The position numbers and the translations under genes are program-made. A DNA stretch of 62,980 nt, filler included, from Choristocarpus tenellus KU-1152 (taxonomy: Eukaryota > Protista > Phaeophyceae), in NCBI GenBank assembly GCA_964200185.2. It is 14 parts of 14 records of this genome, joined end to end, with 100 filler letters (N's around TTAATTAATTAA, not from the genome) between each part and the next. Parts side by side here need not be neighbours in the genome. Positions count along the whole stretch, not along the records: positions 46,279 to 50,487 come from CAXNAD020015684.1; positions 50,588 to 53,300 come from CAXNAD020025385.1; positions 53,401 to 57,277 come from CAXNAD020017425.1; positions 57,378 to 62,980 come from CAXNAD020010275.1; 10 more parts are not named here. One strand, written 5' to 3'. The first letter of the stretch is position 1, and each line of letters begins with the position of its first letter. The notes below the pieces were generated by a model. The model did not search any database. It was not told where the DNA came from and worked only from the letters and a program-made list of their open reading frames with translations. Positions 49,846-62,851 of this stretch are shown piece by piece.

Positions 49846-50824
49846 TGCAGGAGGATAAACGTGAGTGATAAGCACGACCTAAGTGAGAGAGGGTAGAGAT
49901 GGACAAGGAAGACTTCGACTTATGGGGGGTTGTATCAGGATTTTTTTTTTTCGTGAGCTGTAGAGATGAGAGTCAAATACCCATTGAGAGGTCACAATAG
50001 AAAAAAAATTATTTGCGGCTTGTCAAACCTATGTCCAGACTTTGCTCCTCCTCTTCTCGAGTGCTCTTTTCTTAGGTCATTCCAGAAGGGATGACGGTAC
50101 ATGAAAATTTCTCGAGTCGGCTTACATTTTAGTCGGGGCACATAGAGCGAACATAATCCTATCAAGTGGTTCTTGCCTCTGTTTCCCCATGATGACCCAT
50201 GTCATCCTCCTTTTGCATGCGTTGCTCTTCCTCGTCATCCCCTGGTGCGAGCTTCCTGTGAACACCCAAAACGTCGGAAATTTAATATGAAATTTAATGT
50301 GAAATTTAATATGAAATATAATATGAAATATAATATTACAATGAATATCGCAGACTCTTGGTTGCACATCCTTGACTCACACAAGTACGAATCCTGTTAA
50401 GATTGACGATTTAACGGTCAGGGGGGGGGGGGGGGGGGGGGGGGGGGGGTGTTGAGGGAAAAAGGTGACGGGGGCTCTCATTCGTTTNNNNNNNNNNNNN
50501 NNNNNNNNNNNNNNNNNNNNNNNNNNNNNNNTTAATTAATTAANNNNNNNNNNNNNNNNNNNNNNNNNNNNNNNNNNNNNNNNNNNNGGGGGGGGGGGGG
50601 GGGGGGGGGGGGGGAATACAGGCGATCTGTAAAGGAAACATAAGTTCATTTCTGCACTTGTATTGTATGTCGTGGCAGTCAAGGTGAGTAAAATTATTAT
50701 AAGTGTTGGGATAAGTGAGGACTGGGCGGCACTCCAACCGTTACTTTGTGCCCCGTTGTACACACATGCATCCAACTGAAACCAAAGCATATCAACGGCA
50801 TACTTGACTCCAGGAGTAACTCAC

Positions 50825-51726
50825 ATTTGGTGGGCGACAACCAGACACGATGAGGTGCGCGGGTGTGGGCTCGCCGTCTGCTACCAGCTTGAGAGCGAGC
50901 TCGAACGCCACTAAGGCACCCATACTGTGGCCAAAAAAGGCGTAGGGTTTATCAAGTAACTCCAAAGAAGTTAGCGCCTGGCGAGTAGAGCATCCTTCGA
51001 GTTGGTACAGGATAAGGAACGGAAGGGGTTGCACATTTCTGGCCCACTTGTGTTCTTCAGTTGGGGTATGGTGTAGCTGACCAGAACTATATCTGATACG
51101 AGAGGAGTGTGTCGACTCCCCATGTCTTAACAACCTACCTGTGCGATTCCAAGAACGATTTCCGCCATACTTGTCAAGCAGCGCTCCTTCGCTCGGCTTT
51201 TGCATTAGGGCAAAGTCATTCAATGGGGCACGGTCAGGCGTGGGGGATAGTTCATATATTACTGGCGTGACCAGACAGGTTGGGAGACAATATATACATA
51301 CATACATATATATATATATATTCAAAGCATACATTTTCAGAATTTGGGGATTGCCAGCTGTAACCAAGAGTAGACTACGCATTGGTAAGTACAGCGAAGT
51401 ACTAGCACATAACAATGATTCAACCAGTTTGTCTGCACCTTATTCTTCCAGGAAGTTCGATTGCGTTCACTTCTAAAGACTCTGGCAAGATCCCTTTCCA
51501 CTTGCCGAAAGCGGTCGAGTTACCTCCTGCCCATGCCTGGTACGTAGTTTCCATGGGGAGGGAGAATTGAGGAAATTGCCAGCGATACATGAGCTCGGGC
51601 GTCTCCGAAAGCTGATACCTACCTTTATCAAGATCTCCTTTCTCTCACCATACAAAATAATCGCATGGTGGCATGTGGTCTTGGTTTCCTGCACACAATC
51701 CACTTGGCTGATGGCGTTGAAGCCAT
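50825..51726 (-). CDS. Type II thioesterase (GrsT/OLAH-like alpha/beta hydrolase), 3'-partial; exons 51726-51649, 51536-51439, 51196-51139, 50977-50825
   Basis: Spliced: MASTPSAKWIVCRKPRPHATMRLFCM|AWAGGNSTAFGKWKGILPESLEVNAIELPGRIS|RAKERCLTSMAEIVLGIAQ|ALTSLELLDKPYAFFGHSMGALVAFE...HLIVSGCRPP. Contains AGG, LPGR and the GHSMG nucleophile motif. Confidence 0.93.
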
Positions 51727-52049
51727 TCCCGTGACTTCCTGTTGTGGTATTGTAGGCTCTACACGATGAGATTGTACAAAAGTGATGATATAGTTCGAAT
51801 ATTCAATATTCTCATGGGAAGTTTCACCTTGGAAGGCCTGCACTCTAAGAACCAACTCATTATCAGAACCGAAATCAAATGCGAATCGTGTGATTCTGGA
51901 TATTTATGGTCCACTCAGAAAAGGGTGGCGAAGAGAATCGTCAGGTAAGAGGGATGAGACGGACCAAGACGAGCGATAGCCGAGAGGAAGATGAAACGTT
52001 GAACCCTTGGATAAGGACAACTGTGTATCTACTAGAGTGTAGTGAATCA

Positions 52050-53185
52050 CTAGAGATCAGAGAGACAGGCCCTGGGATTAATAAATCAACGCCATCATTT
52101 CATTATCAGGAGTCCCCTCCAAGGACCTGGCAAGGATTATTGGTCAAGGCTGGGTTGAATGAGATGGTATAACCACTCCTGCTCCAGTTCCGGAGGTTCA
52201 CAACGTCCTGACAGCTCATGATGCCAGGATAACAAGGAGGGCCAAATATGAGGTCACACACACCTGAACACCAATCGCTCGGACTATCTCAGGATAAAAT
52301 TGGCCAACCTTCCTGCAGCTCAAGAGGAACAGGGGAGATAAAGTCCCTCCCTCGCTCTAGCCTAGCACAGGAGCTAGTGTGGGCAAGGGGATAATGCATG
52401 ACCCACCACACAGACCCTGGAGCTACCTGGATTCCTCTTGTAGAGTTCAGCCTCACCACCACCAGGTCTCAAAGGAGAGAGGAGGTACTGCCCAATAGGT
52501 GCACAGTGGCTGGGTGCAGGAGGCAACGTGTGGACACCAAACATGCACACACCTACACCAGGGTAGGAGGCAAAGTTCACCAGCACATACCAATGGTGAA
52601 ACGCTTAGTAGGCCAAACCTGCAAGGAAATGGCATCCCTTCCTTGCACACTGGAAGATGGCGGCCTGTTTACAGTGGTGAATACGAATCTCGGCATGGAT
52701 GTGGTGTTCATTCTGGGACTATATCGAAGGCTGGCTCAGTCCCCTATCGCGACAAAGGTCTACTTCAATATGTTGCCTTTGCAGAGGTGCCAACTCATCC
52801 ACCAGCAATGGTGTCGCTGCTGCAGCAGCCGAGGCATGAAATGCACCCACTGACTGGCGTGCTTGTAGTAACAACCTCAACACATTTGTGATGGAAAGTT
52901 TTGGGTGCCTCGGCAAGTAAGCAGAGAGCTTTGTTGATGAGTTGTTTACCCGTGTGATAGGGGGGAGAGTGACTGGGGATTATGGTTGGAAAAGGGCTGT
53001 CAAGACTCGTTTGAAAAGGGTAGTATCTCTAACTACTGCACAATAGGTAGCTATTTATTTCGTCATGGGGCATGCATTTCAAGCTGGAGAAACCAGACTG
53101 GTGACCACTAAGGAGTCTCACAGATCCTTGGGATTCTTCCCTCGCTCCTCACCCATCTTTGTAAGACTAGGCTGGGGGCAGGCAT
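52050..53185 (+). mobile_element. Second decayed copy of the CRE-like LINE 3' part
   Basis: Collinear with 46300-47350: CTVAGC...DTKHAHT...GGKVHQH, MESFGCLGK. Confidence 0.8.
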
Positions 53186-53527
53186 AGCAGTTGTGTAACC
53201 TTTGGTTTGAATGAAGTAATCTCCCAGGAACAGTGGATTTTCAAAATTGAGGATGGAGCGGGGCTATGAGGATGGTTGTTTTGCGAAAACGGTCTTAAAA
53301 NNNNNNNNNNNNNNNNNNNNNNNNNNNNNNNNNNNNNNNNNNNNTTAATTAATTAANNNNNNNNNNNNNNNNNNNNNNNNNNNNNNNNNNNNNNNNNNNN
53401 AGGCCTTCCCCTTTTCCCCCCCCCCCCCCCCTCCCCCCCCCCCTCCCCCCTTTTTTACTTTCCCCCCCCCCCCCCCCCCCCCCCTCTCCACCCTGCACCT
53501 GATCATCGGCTTACCTCAAGTTACAAG

Positions 53528-54757
53528 TTGATTGAGGACGATGTTGGGTGGGGCTTTGAATCCACTCTTGAAATCCTGTCTCCGACTTCACCTGAACCAA
53601 GTCAGGAGAAACTCCATTACCCTCTATCCCCTCGATTTCATCCCGAGGAGGGGAGGGAGGCGTTACCGCTGAGGTCTGGTTCAGCAACCGCTGCTGTTCC
53701 TACTGGGAGGAAGGAGAGGCCTCGACATATGAGAGTCCAGGCTGAATCGGGTGGTGGATTGGATCGAGACAATACTTCTGGCCCAGGATTGATGCCCAGT
53801 GATGGTGGCAGTGGCGGTTGGGGCACGAAGAGCACACTTCAAGGAAGCTCTGTGGGGGTTGGGAGGGATGGAAGTGGACCTGGCACTGGAGATCCCCAAA
53901 AGGGAGAGGTAGTGAGGGCCAGTGTGGCTGGGGGAGGGAGAACCAGAGGTGGGATAAGCAAGGCCGCAGGGGTCTCTCTATGGCAGGCAGCTGCAGAGTC
54001 TGCAGCTGCTGCTGTCACAGCAGCTGATCCAAGAACGAACTCAAGCCTATTTCCCAAGGATTCCGCCCCTCTACAGGCTGCACCCCACACCAGAACTTCT
54101 GTTGCATGGAGTGAAGGGCAAGGAGGTAGGAGGAGTGGCAGTGGCAGTGGCAATGTCAGGGGCGGCGGTGATGTTTCAGGTAGACAGGCAGGAGGTGCCA
54201 TGTCGGGGTTAGGTATGGACTTGGGGTTCTTAAGAGAGAGGTCGGAGGCAGAAACGGAGGTTGGCTCCAGGACCAGCTCCAGGGCGGGGGAAGAGGACTG
54301 GGTTAGGGCAACACCGGTTGACCTCTTTGAGGAGAGGCTGGCGGTGGTGGAGGGGGAGGTTGATGCAGCAGAGATGAGAGCAGAACGAGAGCTACGCGCA
54401 CTGACGAGACGTTTTGAACGGGGCGCGATGGGGGAAGGGGGTGGTGGTGGGGGCGGGGGCGAGGGCGGGGGCGGTTTTGCAAGATCTTCAGGGTCAGGGC
54501 CGCTACGGAGGGGAATCAGCAATGCTAGTTTGCCCCACTCTCCCCGTCCACTGTCGCAGGGTTCGCGTCTGGAGGAGCGGTGTTTGGGGTTGACAAAATG
54601 TTTCCCGTCAATGGGGAAGGCTGCGGGACTGCTGGCGGAGCGGGCGAGATCCTCGAGAAGAGACTTACTAGATGCTGTGGATGCTTTGAGGGAGAAGGTG
54701 GCAAGGGCAGGGGGGACGCAAGTTTCGTCGGAGAGTGGGGTGGGGGTGNNNTTCCAA

Positions 54758-54832
<75 letters not shown>

Positions 54833-55417
54833 TCTCTGTTGGGAGATGACTTGCTTGACTGGGGTGCAGCCAGTGGTGTTGATGTGGTTACTGCGGCGGA
54901 GTCAGTGGGGAGGGGATATGGCAATGGAGTTCTGTCCGGTGGAGGACTTGGAGATGGGTCTGACACACCACTGGGGCTGTCGACTTGTGATGACTTTGAT
55001 TTCATCCTCAAGGGAGAGATTGTTGATCATGGCGACAAGGCGTTGTTCAGGGAGGTGGAGACGGGGAAGGGGGCAGGGTTGAGGGGTGGTACTGTGTTCG
55101 GGGTGGGGGCTCGTTCTGGGACTGAGCCTAGAGCAAAGAGGGCAGGCGATTCGAACGGGGTCGCATGGAGAGACAACATGTCCTCACCTGATATGATGAG
55201 GGACCCGGTGGAAGGAAGGAGTGGGGGAACGATTTGGGATGAACTCTTCGCTGAACTGGAAGGTGTGGAAGAGCGTAGTAGGTTGTTTGTAAGGGTGTGG
55301 CAGGAAGCGGTACAGGGCATGCGGGAGGTGCTCCTGGTTGGCCAGGATGAAGGAGGGGGTTCACGGATGAGTGAAAGCCAGAGACGGAGTTCTGGCTCAC
55401 ACGATGGGTGGGGATGA
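53528..55417 (+). CDS. Large Gly/Ser-rich low-complexity exon with coiled-coil-like segments, unknown protein
   Basis: A 629-codon open frame starting directly after TTACAAG, with heptad-like stretches such as LFEERLAVVEGEVDAAEMRAERELRALTRRF. Contains NNN and a long G homopolymer, so the frame across ~54750-54830 is uncertain. Confidence 0.65.
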
Positions 55418-57209
55418 GGGTAATGGAGGGTGAATGTTCAGGAGACGGTGAATTTCGTACCTGTTGTGTACAGCGTCTGGTGTTGATTGGTGGGGGTGAA
55501 GGATTGCCCCGATTTCCCCATGTATACAGGGTAGTACTATGTGAAGTTGCGAGTAGAAACATTGCCCCCCTCTCCTTGTTTGCAGTTTAATCTACGTGTG
55601 TGTGTGCTCATGGGAGCAGTGAAGCAGTTGGCCGTTGTCCCCTGGCAAGGAAGGGCGGTAAGTATGTGGTTGATTGAGTGCGCACCTGTGACTTGCTGAC
55701 GTTTTTTGTTCTTTTTCCGATAACAATCAGATCGTTTCTGCTAGAGGAATGGTAGACACCCGCGCAAAACAATTTCTCTCCCTGTTCCAACAAGGCAGGA
55801 TTCACTTTGGGAAGTAGTGATCAGGAACATTTTAATTCCCTCGTTGCCGTTTCATGTCCCATCCGCACACAAGCACTGCCTGTACCTGTCCGCGTTGTTT
55901 CATTATGTGCTATCTTGTATCCTGGAGTACGCTGTTTTTTTCTGTCCCATAGCAATGCCCTCAGCAAGATGCATGTCAGTGGGCACAATGTTTTATTCCT
56001 AGTGTGTATGTTGTGTCGAGAGGTGAGGAGTGAATGTAGCGCATTTTACGATGATCCGTCGACCTTGATGATAGCAGATTAAACATCACCGCCAACCAAG
56101 TATTAGAGGGTTAGGGTTTATATATCGGAATGGAGTCATACCGCACTGCAGACTCTATTTTCTTTATATTTTCTTCCCTGGTCGAGGTAGTATGGCACAA
56201 AAAAAAAGCTTGAAAAAATGCTTCTGTCCAGCGACAGGACCGGATGGAACGATAGGATTCTTACAACTCACCACAGCAACCGAGTCCCATCATCTTTGTT
56301 GATCAGGCTTGTTTGTCATCTTTACCTTCCCACCCTCTCGATCGCTCACGATTGAGTGGTATGTTTGGTGGGGGGAAGGTAAAGCTTGGGTGGGGTAGAT
56401 GTCTTCTAGTTCTAAACAACAGCATGGGAGCGGATGAAGGTGGAGTGTTTTGGATGATTTTGAGGTGTTCTTGGATGAATGGGGAGTGTCTTGGAGGAAT
56501 GTGGAGTGTTTTGGGAGGATTATTTTGAGTGGATACTACCCGAAAATTGATCGCATGGTTGGGGTGGCAACAACGTGGCAATGTGAAGTTGTTGTGGTAT
56601 TGAGGTGTTTGTGTGATGTTGGTGTGGCATGGAATGGGTGGTGTGACCTCAGTTGATGAAGAGTGGAGTGAATGTGAGGTCAAGAGTGGGTAATTAAGGA
56701 ATCTGAGATTTGTGAGGAAAAAATCATAAAAAAAATGCACATCAAAACAGAGACCAGGTTGCCCTTCTCTACCATACAACAGCAGCTATACCGCTCAACA
56801 ATGTGAGAGCTCTACCGTACTCTAAGATTTTGCAATTAATGGAATAGTCTTGTTCACAAGAGACAAGACGAAAGTATTGAAGTTTCACGAATTTATTGGC
56901 ATGGAGGAACGACCTGTTCTTCTGCTATGTATGTATGCCTAATACATAATCGCTATTATTAGTTAATTATTAGTGCAATATTAGTAGCATCGGAGACGAC
57001 TTCAACGTGATCATTAATAAAACAGTCCACGATACGACACATACCTACACCCCTCTGCTGAGTTCGCCATGCACCTGTTCAAATAGAAATTCGAGAAAAT
57101 AACGAGAGCAACCAACTATAATATGGACTGTTGTTATTGTGAATGTATGCATTGAATTACCTCTCGTAAGTACTGTGTACTATGTAATCCTGTGGGTGAG
57201 GTTGGGGAG

Positions 57210-57277
57210 GGCTCAAAGTATCTGGGAGGGGGTGGCGGCTGTCCATTTGGGGTCAATTTTTTCATGTCGCGATTTTT
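57210..57277 (+). mobile_element. MITE family B left end at contig end
   Basis: GGCTCAAAGTATCTGGGAGGGGG...GTCCATTTGGGGTCAATTTTTTCATGTCGC. Confidence 0.85.
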
Positions 57278-57457
57278 NNNNNNNNNNNNNNNNNNNNNNN
57301 NNNNNNNNNNNNNNNNNNNNNTTAATTAATTAANNNNNNNNNNNNNNNNNNNNNNNNNNNNNNNNNNNNNNNNNNNNTCGTGGGGGTGAGTGTGGGGGGT
57401 GTGGGGGGGTGTGGGGGGGGGGGGGGGGGGGGGGGGTTGGGGGTTGATTGTGCCAAC

Positions 57458-60071
57458 CTGAGCTGCTTTTCACAATAGACTCTCCAGCTATCCTCTGTGA
57501 ACCCATAGTTAAAGAAGTCAGCAATATCCACCCCAGGGTGTCTCCATGGCTGCTCCTCCATACCATCAATATCAACATCAAATGCTGTCTTTCCTGTAGC
57601 CCGCTGTCCAGAGCACATAGGTGGGTAAACTAGTGCAATCAGGCCACGAAATGTACTTGAGCTCAGCCATCAGAATCAGAAAGGCTTCAAATTTCTGTAT
57701 GTACGCACTGCACATTTTTCATTTCAATGTTCCAATTTCAATGGGTCGAGGGTGCACTGTACTTGAGGACACACCTACAATACCACCAACAGAGATGAGA
57801 CTAGAGCACAAAATTATCTGCCAAAGATGAGACAGCACATATGTTTACCAACATGACACTGTACGTGTTGATACAAGAGCAGGAAAAAGGCTTCTCTCAA
57901 CATGAAAAAAATCATCAAAATGAATATTGCTCCAAAGGTGTGATGCATACTGTACACCATTCTGGAACATAGAATCACCGCATTTGGGCATAGAGCAACC
58001 CCAATCATAGAAGAATCAGGATTGTTGCATTACACTTTGTCTTTCAGTGGTCATGGTGCCCTGCTCTGCACTATACTATACTATACCCCATAATCTTTAC
58101 TGCGTATCAACAGATAAACAGAAAAAAAATCGTCAACGAAGTGATTAGGAATCCACACCAGCTACCTAATCGTACCTTGTACCATGCCAACGTTTCTCCC
58201 ACCCAGTTCCTTCCCCGAAACACATAAATTCACTCTCACAATCATAAATTTTAAGGGCTTTTCTATTTATATCATAGATTCCAACTACCTGAAGCTCAGC
58301 TGTTGGAGGATACATCCCTGCAGAGAGTATCGCAGGCCTCGACACTGCCCCTGGGGCCCCCATAGATGGTGTGAGGGATGCAATCCCAGCAGCTGCAGAC
58401 AGCGGCTTACTTGGCCCTCCGCCTGTCCCCCTTGAATCTCCCTTGCCCCCTGCAGAGGTGGAGGACGCCACATTTACGAGGGCATTGGTGCCTTCCCGCC
58501 AACAGTGGGGAGAGAGGAGGGATGTTGGTTGCAGGCACAATCAGGGCACCACAAAGGATTGGACAAGAGGCAGTAGGTTCAACAAAAAGCAAGGGAACAG
58601 TAGTAGTGCTAACAATACGCTTTGACTAGAGAAAGGGCGGACTGCCCTCTAAGGTGAGGGGTGGGGAGGTAAGGGACACATAGACGCCTTCCAAGTACTG
58701 CAGCAGAGAGCTTCAACTGAAAGGTATGCGGCGGATGGTGCCAGACCCAACTGCTTTCGTAGTATAAAAACAATTTCAATGAAAGAATTTACGAGTGATT
58801 GATTGCCTTGTGATCAATCATCCTAGCCAGTCCTTCTAAAACACCTTGGTGGTTGGAAGTACGTGTGGCAAGGATACAACCAAAGGTAGAGATAGATTGA
58901 GGTCGCCCTGTCATGCAAGGAATTTTTCCCTTTTTTTTTAACTTGCATGCGTGCATGAAAATATGAAGCAAGAAAATGCAACAATCAATAAATACAATAG
59001 CCTGTGAAATATGCAGTGTGTAATAGTCTGCAAATAGGAATTTTGATTCTGTACCTCTGTAAAACACTCTGCAATGCCCTGGAGCACCTGGAGCGCAATA
59101 TAATGACCGTAGACCACTGGAACCCCTATAGGGTACAACCCAATTTCAAACTCAAGCACTCTATAGTTTTTCTTGTTTGAAATTCAGCGCATCTCATATC
59201 TCAACTCCGATTAACTGCTCCGAAAAATCTTTGAAATTGTCAGTGCATTTCAAAAGTGATACTCATATCAGTTCATGTTGTGGTTGAAAGGTGCAGAAGC
59301 AGGTATCAAAAGATGGGAAACTAAAAGGCATTACATGCACACAACAAGGAAATATGCAATAACCAAATATATGCAACCAATATTCAGTGAAAGCCAAACA
59401 TGGATATGAATATGTGATTGTATCATGGGGAACCTAGATATTGTCAAAGTAAGCAACCTTGAATGTGGAGTAAGGTGGTCACTTTGCTTGCCATTACACT
59501 TGTGTGAGTCTAAACGCTGCAACAAACACACTGGCTTGAAAATTCTGGAAATAAATATGATGATTTGGAGAAGTGAGGCTGCCACAATGATCCAAAGTGC
59601 ACACATAACAGACTTACCGTGGAGGAATCTCTTCACGGGTCCTGTGGATGCTGCCGGACCTGCTTCCCTGCCCACCACTATGACAAAACCATCACCATCA
59701 TCATCACTGCTTTCTTCTCCTTCCAATTCCTCCTCGTCGCCACCCCTTCGACCTGGTTCATGATCCACTCCTAGTCCCTCGTTTCCTGTGCTCCTGGACG
59801 CATCGTCCTTCTCAATCTCCTGATCATTCTTGGGACGAGAGACCGTAGGATCCTCGTCTCTGGACTGCTTCGCACCCCCTGTATTTGTTCCTACATCTGC
59901 TTTGTCGGCGAGTGCCTTTCCAGTCTCAACTTCCGAATGCTGTTCTTCTGGCACATTGCCTATACTACTCTTGTCCTGTCCCACTTCTTCCTTCACAGTT
60001 ACTGGTGTCGTGGTTACTGCAGCAGCAGATCCATTGTCGACCTTGCTTCCTTTTTCCGAGTGGTCACTACG
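57458..60071 (-). CDS. FIP1: Pre-mRNA 3'-end processing factor FIP1, partial; exons ~60071-59618, 58491-58289, 57603-57458
   Basis: Fip1 motif AFDVDIDGMEEQPWRHPGVDIADFFNYGFTEDSWRVYCEKQ, preceded by an acidic stretch EEESSDDDGDGFVIVV as in Fip1 N-termini. The splice phases match. Confidence 0.92.
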
Positions 60072-61207
60072 CTTATCCAAGTAGCAGATTATTGGGGTAT
60101 TACAATTGTGATAGTCGCAGAGATAGGGGTTTTGATTGGGAGGAGGGACACAAATATAATCTTCCAGGTGGAGAGTGTGCTCCGTTCCTGTTGGCTAGAT
60201 GTTTCTTGGTCAATGCATCTGGAGGGGTTAGGAAATAATGGCAAGGCTATCCAAGTTTCGTCCCGCCTCTTGAAGGACCTAAGTCGATTGCCGAAAAGAC
60301 AGCAGGTTAACATTTTCGAACATATCTATCTACCGCACGAGGAGTGGATGGTTAAAACCGAACCTACTCTGCTCTAGCCGTGGCAAGCTCAGATGACGGT
60401 ATTCTCGTCGATTTCGTACCTCACAAGTGGGTGAGAGAAATTGACAACTTGGCTTCCCAAATCATTTCACAGAATAGGTCGGTTTACTCCCATGCCGTAT
60501 ATATGAAGTTCAGTGACAAGAGAAGGGTTCAACGCAAAGAAAAAATCCTTAGGGATCCTTACGCTTGAGTTTAGGAGCGGTGCCTCGATTTGGCACTTGA
60601 TCCACACGATGGAATGGACTCACCAATCTGATTTGGGACCTCCACCCTCTCCTTCACCCGTCGCCTGCAGTAAGCACGCAGCAACCGATGGGATGGATCT
60701 CAGCTTTAGTTTGAGCACATGGTCTAGAAGGCGTACTTCGTAATGAAAATTGCTTGAAAGGGCGCCACTGGCCAAAGCAATATGTGCACCTCAAGGAAAC
60801 AAATACTGAGTAGAAGTTCACAGGTTGAGGTTTTGCAACTTCACTAGCAGCTGAACTTTGGGAGGCAGTTTCACATTAATATATTTTTCTCACAAGGAAG
60901 ACAAAAGCGCGGGGAATACGCACCATTGTCCACTCGCATCCACCGCTCTGTCTCTCTCAGCCCTCACATGCAACTTGTTAGATTATGGTTTGTAAGGATT
61001 GTTTGTATTTGCTCTAGAGCAAAAGATCGCCACTACTCGCTACAGAGTGCCACAAATAGAGGGTAGAATAACAGTTTCGTTTTTTGTTCTTCAATGAATG
61101 ATGAGATGTCGAAATTGCCATCGCATAACCTGTCGCCATGAATTTGAAGTGTCAGACCGTTCCGCCATATATACAAGAATATCTAAGCAGACTTGCTGCC
61201 GATCTGC

Positions 61208-62197
61208 ATGGAAGAATTTTGGTCACCAGAGCGGCAGCGGCTTCTCGGCAAGCTCGTTCGAAAGTGAGAGGGGTGTATGTCCCTCTGTGTCCCTTTGTGT
61301 GCGTGTTGAATTGGATTATACTTGTTGGGCATTCTTGTCGCAACAGCTGAACTGTATACATTTACTCTGTCTTGAATCCAGGAGGAGTTTCGACTTCAAG
61401 ATCGTGTCAAATGAACTCAAAAAAATGTTTTCCAAGCAAGACTGTGCTGTGGATCTCGCGATGTTGGACCCAAAGGTGAGTCAGAAGAGTCCACATCCAC
61501 GCAGTCCTCCAAAATGACCCTGTTCTTATCTTTTTGACAAATGCACCTCTTTGGAATGCAGGCACTGAGGAATATATTCTCGGATATGGACAGAAGACGG
61601 GAAAAGGCTCCAGCAACCGACCCTCGTAAGGTCTACGAGAAAGACAAAACCTTACCACCATTGCCACAAGTGCACAGCGACTCCCTGCGAAATTGTAGTC
61701 GAGTGGAGGATGGCGAAGATATTGATGCCGAGTTGGTCCATGCAAGACAGGAGTTGGACGCTCACCTAGACTTAGCCCTCAACACAAGCATTGCCAAGGG
61801 AAGGAGACATCTAAATGGCACTCAGAGCGCAATATCCCTAGCGCACTCAGAAAATCGCCTCTCCACACCACAAGAATATGGGACACTATCAAGTCTAGGC
61901 GAGGTATCACCCCGAAGACCAACCGACCGTACAGTCCCTGGCTTCAAGCAGGAGTTAACTTCTGACTCAGATCACACGTTCCAATCCCTTCTTGCTGAGC
62001 AACGTTGTAGGGACAAATCACATGCATTGAGACGAGAAGGAATATTCAATAGGGTACTTACGGCACTTGGAGGGGACGGACTGGAAGGAATAGGGACAGA
62101 AGGCTTGCCTTCGAACATACGCCAGGCGTGGAAAGCACGTCAACTGGCAATGGAAGAAGAAGAGGTCACTGAGCGGGAAAGACGGCGGCAGGAAAGA
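61208..62197 (+). CDS. Uncharacterised protein with N-terminal Myb/SANT-like helix bundle; exons 61208-61263, 61382-61475, 61562-62197
   Basis: Phase-consistent splicing gives MEEFWSPERQRLLGKLVRK|RSFDFKIVSNELKKMF...LDPK|ALRNIFSDMD... (W..E...L..LV....DF..V pattern), followed by a charged coiled-coil-like region. Confidence 0.6.
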
Positions 62198-62586
62198 GTG
62201 AGAAGCTGGAAATAAAGTCCTTCCATTCTCGGGAAGGTTACACAGTGGTATGGTTTTGTATTCATGTGCAATTGATATGTTGTCTTGATAGACCTACATC
62301 TAGAATGTATTTCTTCAAAATAAAATGTTGTGTAGTGTTGCTGAGGATTTTTCAATCTTTATTCCCTAGCCTCAGTTCAGTATTAATTCAACTGCAAGCT
62401 GTCCCGATCACAGAAGTAGCACCTGAACATGATCGCCCTCGCAGCTCTGCGCACCGGTGAGTCAAAGTAAACGAGAGGTACCCAGAGTTCCATTCTAAGG
62501 ATGCTGACAAACATGTCGAAACCTCGACATTTTTTACAGATGAATAATGGATATTTTCTAAATAGTGTCGGAAAAGTTTCAAACAA

Positions 62587-62760
62587 GGCTCATAGTATCT
62601 GAGGGGGGTGGCGGCTGTCTATTTGGGGTCAATTTTTTCATGTCGCAGTTTTTGGGTGATTTGGTTGCATACGTCGGATAATATATATGCACTTTTCCTG
62701 ATCTTGGCCCAAATGGACACCCTGGTGTAGTCCCCCCCCCTCCACCAGATACTTTGGGTC
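62587..62760 (+). mobile_element. MITE family B, complete 174-bp copy with TSD ACAA
   Basis: ACAA|GGCTCATAGTATCTGAGGGG...CCACCAGATACTTTGGGTC|ACAA. Confidence 0.92.
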
Positions 62761-62851
62761 ACAATAGAGATTTAGACGCTCTCGAGTCAAACGAAAAACT
62801 CATCCATAGAAATATGAAAGAATTGCAATAGATTGAAAAACAGACTTAAAA

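Noticed and set aside
1352-51726. Redox or secondary-metabolism cluster (SelO, TrxR, dioxygenase, thioesterase)
   Set aside because: Each gene is on a different unlinked contig.
53839-55011. 390-aa Pro/Ser-rich ORF on the - strand
   Set aside because: Antisense shadow of the G-rich + strand exon.
56300-56700. Possible RNase H-like retroelement fragment
   Set aside because: Only a vague resemblance across broken frames.
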